Positions 61,818-64,000 of a stretch of DNA of 64,000 nt are shown one piece after another; within the stretch, counting starts at the first letter, position 1; every line of letters starts with the position of its first letter. Both the position numbers and the translations under genes were made by a program. The notes beneath the pieces are model-generated. The model ran no database searches. It was not told where the DNA came from and saw nothing but the letters and a program-made list of their open reading frames with translations. The stretch is from a virus. The stretch lies in the IMG/VR virus record IMGVR_UViG_3300036851_000550, positions 7,076 to 71,075 of that record; one strand, written 5' to 3'.

Positions 61818-63410
61818 TCACCACAGGTTCGGCGCGCCCATCAGGAGCGCGCCGTGCTCGATGGCCCACCCACGGGCCTCCAGGGCGAGCAGCCCCGCCT
61901 GGAAGGCGCTGATGGGCGCCCTGCCCTTACGGACCACACGGCGGTAGTTCTCCGGCTGACCGGGCAGCCGCTCCTCCGCCGAGCTCCGCTTCCGGCCGTT
62001 GGCCAGCGCCGCGGCGAGCGCATGCGCGGTAAGCGTCTCGTCGCCGTCGTGGGTGAACTCGTCTTCGCCGTAGTGCGCGGTCTCGAAGCGCTCGACGATC
62101 TGGTCCATCCGCATCTCGCTGTTGAGCCAGATCTCGAGGACGCGCTTCGGGTACTCCCCGGCCCAGACGTTGACCTCGGTCTGCCAGGTGTGCGGGGAGC
62201 ACATCATCGTGGCGACGTCGTAGGTCTCGAAGGCCAGCTTCACCGTGGCGTGCACCTCGGGCCGCGGGATCTGCCAGTCCGCGTCGCCGAGGTGCGCGGG
62301 CCGCTCCCACGTCCGGATGTGGAAGAGCCGACCGTCCCGCAGCCGGCACGCGACCAGCGACGTCGCCTCCCGGGTCTGGCTGCCGAGGAAGCCCAGGCCG
62401 ATCTGCTCGAACTTGTCGAGCGTCTCGCCCGGCCGGGCCTGGTTCGCCCAGAGCAGCGGGTCCACCGCGGCCTTGCTGCCGACCGTGATCTCGTTCAGGA
62501 AGAAGCGCCGCGCCTCGTTCTCGCCGGTCGAGGCGTCCTTGGCCTCTTCCAGGATCCGGTCGATGTTGACCCAGCCGCCCGCTTCGGCCGCCGAGTCGCC
62601 GTAGACGTAGACGAGCTCGGCGCGCAGCGCGGCCTCGTCGTCCATGTCGATGTGCGCCCGCGGCGGGCGGTAGTCGATGTAGACGCCGGGGGCCTTCGCC
62701 TCGAACGTCCGCTGCGCCGTGGACTGCTCCGCGGGGTCCCAAGCGTTCGTCAGCTCCATCCACCGGCCGTCCATGCCGGCCAGGCCGCGCTTCATGGTCT
62801 TGGCCAGGGACACGCCGCCGCTGGCGTCGGTGTACAGCCCGGACTCCGTGAAGGTGGCGTAGGTGATCCGGGCGCCGAGGCGGGAGCGGGCCTGCGCGGT
62901 CACGGGCTCGATCCGGCCGCCGCCGGGCAGGTTGACGCGGGACAGCCCCACGTCGAGCCCGGGGAGATCGGCGAGGGGCCCCTCGGTGAGCATCGCGAAG
63001 ATCGGGTCGTAGGTGTTCGCGACCTGGTCCTCTGCGTTCGCCGCACACTGGATCCACGGCGTCGGCATCGGCATCCCGACCGGCTCCCCGTCGGCGTCCC
63101 AGCCGGCGAAGCGCACCGGGCCGAGCGCCTGCGCGCAGCACTGCGCCGCGCCGAGCGGGTCCTTCCCCGACTTCTGCGCGCGGACCAGGAGCGAGCCGTA
63201 GTAGCTGAAGGCCTGGCTGCCCATGTCCGGGCGGGCCGTCGGTCGGAGCCGATACGTCCAGATCAGGTGCTTCCACTGTTCGTCGGTCAACTTCCACGAC
63301 AGACCACGTGCCGCGCGATCCGGGACGATCAGGTTGGCTTCCATCCAGTCCCCGACGAGATAACCGAGGGTGGGGAACTCTCCCTTGTACTCGGGGCCCC
63401 GCCAGGGCAC
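61818..63410 (-). CDS. terL: Terminase large subunit (head module); nuclease domain apparently inactivated
   Basis: PTLG..V.DW.E, LTDEQ, Walker A RAQKSGKDP, PWIQCAA..EDQ, TNAWDP, EARRFFLN; position between terS and portal; nuclease Asp positions read GFLGS, CSP, PISA. Confidence 0.88.
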   Translation of the reverse strand: MPWRGPEYKGEFPTLGYLVGDWMEANLIVPDRAARGLSWKLTDEQWKHLIWTYRLRPTARPDMGSQAFSYYGSLLVRAQKSGKDPLGAAQCCAQALGPVRFAGWDADGEPVGMPMPTPWIQCAANAEDQVANTYDPIFAMLTEGPLADLPGLDVGLSRVNLPGGGRIEPVTAQARSRLGARITYATFTESGLYTDASGGVSLAKTMKRGLAGMDGRWMELTNAWDPAEQSTAQRTFEAKAPGVYIDYRPPRAHIDMDDEAALRAELVYVYGDSAAEAGGWVNIDRILEEAKDASTGENEARRFFLNEITVGSKAAVDPLLWANQARPGETLDKFEQIGLGFLGSQTREATSLVACRLRDGRLFHIRTWERPAHLGDADWQIPRPEVHATVKLAFETYDVATMMCSPHTWQTEVNVWAGEYPKRVLEIWLNSEMRMDQIVERFETAHYGEDEFTHDGDETLTAHALAAALANGRKRSSAEERLPGQPENYRRVVRKGRAPISAFQAGLLALEARGWAIEHGALLMGAPNLW

Positions 63411-63414
63411 TTGA

Positions 63415-63903
63415 TCAGTCCTCGGCGGAGGGGTCAGCCACCCGCAGCCGGGGCTTCTTCGCCACGGGGGCGTCCTCGCCGATCTCCGGCTCCGCGATCT
63501 CCCAGCGCAGGCGGAGCAGGGCGAGCGGGGACAGGCCGAGCCGGTCCTCGAGCTGGCGCACCTCGGAGTGGAGATGGGCGGTCGCCACGGTCAGCGCGCG
63601 CTTCCGCTCGCGGTCCTCGGCGTCGTCATCGTCGTCGTAGCCGCCCTCGACCATGATCGCGCAGCGAACGTAACGGGCGACGATCAGGTCGATATGCATT
63701 CGCACCCAGGCCTTCGCCATGGGTGTTTTCCAGAGCCTTTCCCAGCGCTCCAATTCCCGATCGGTGCAACCGTGGAGGGGCCAGTCGGGCACGGGGCCGT
63801 CGTAGCCCTCCATCGGAAGCTGGAGGGTATCCGGGGCCAGGTTGCGCCGGCGCCTCTTCGACGGGTCCGTGGGCGGCGGGCCACTGTTCAGGACGGCTCC
63901 CAT
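63415..63903 (-). CDS. terS: Terminase small subunit
   Basis: GPPP..RRRRN, PDWPL, W..LWKTP.A..W, EVRQLEDRLGLSP..L.RLRWEI; GAGGAGG SD. Confidence 0.85.
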   Translation of the reverse strand: MGAVLNSGPPPTDPSKRRRRNLAPDTLQLPMEGYDGPVPDWPLHGCTDRELERWERLWKTPMAKAWVRMHIDLIVARYVRCAIMVEGGYDDDDDAEDRERKRALTVATAHLHSEVRQLEDRLGLSPLALLRLRWEIAEPEIGEDAPVAKKPRLRVADPSAED

Positions 63904-63951
63904 TGGATCTTCCACCTCCTCGATGTGGGGTCTGACCTGGGGAAACGTGTT

Positions 63952-63968
63952 CAAGATCGTTTTGGTCT
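63952..63968. promoter_or_regulatory. 17-bp motif CAAGATCGTTTTGGTCT, copy 2 (upstream of terS)
   Basis: Identical to 11164-11180. Confidence 0.55.
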
Positions 63969-64000
63969 AGAACCCGTACACCGGGCGACGGAGCGATGAC

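Larger units (their letters stand above)
1..64000 (-). mobile_element. Near-complete actinobacteriophage (siphovirus-like) genome
   Basis: Contiguous phage modules (packaging, HK97-type head, tail, lysis, replication) and no host housekeeping genes; terS at one edge and packaging HNH at the other, as in cos phages. Confidence 0.93.

Noticed and set aside
47114-63946. TGACCTGSGGRAA motif at ~7625, ~7739, ~47114 and ~63933
   Set aside because: Resembles a motif widespread in actinobacterial non-coding DNA, so not treated as specific to this phage

Overview
High-GC (actinobacterial-type) siphovirus-like phage genome lying mostly on the minus strand, apparently almost complete: the terminase small subunit sits at the right edge and the packaging-type HNH endonuclease at the left edge. 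Reading the minus strand from 64000: terS, terL, portal, five extra structural-type genes, HK97 prohead protease, major capsid, head-tail and tail genes, a short tape measure, minor tail proteins, a class F sortase with an adjacent secreted substrate, amidase endolysin and holin. A plus-strand arm (21240-33651) carries a second terS/terL pair and about 30 tiny, often Cys-rich genes. The minus-strand early arm (21153-94) has an excisionase-like HTH, two SSB-like proteins, PolA, primase-helicase followed by an iteron-like repeat array, PD-(D/E)XK exonuclease, RuvC-like resolvase and DnaQ-like exonuclease. No integrase, tRNA or CRISPR array was seen. Main oddities: (1) the head-module TerL appears to have lost all its nuclease catalytic aspartates, while an unrelated second TerS/TerL pair with intact nuclease motifs and no portal sits about 38 kb away; (2) an HK97-gp10-like tail protein carries an ~1000-residue protamine-like Arg-rich extension; (3) a phage-borne sortase F plus an anchor-less substrate. 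All family calls are from visual motif recognition, not database searches.
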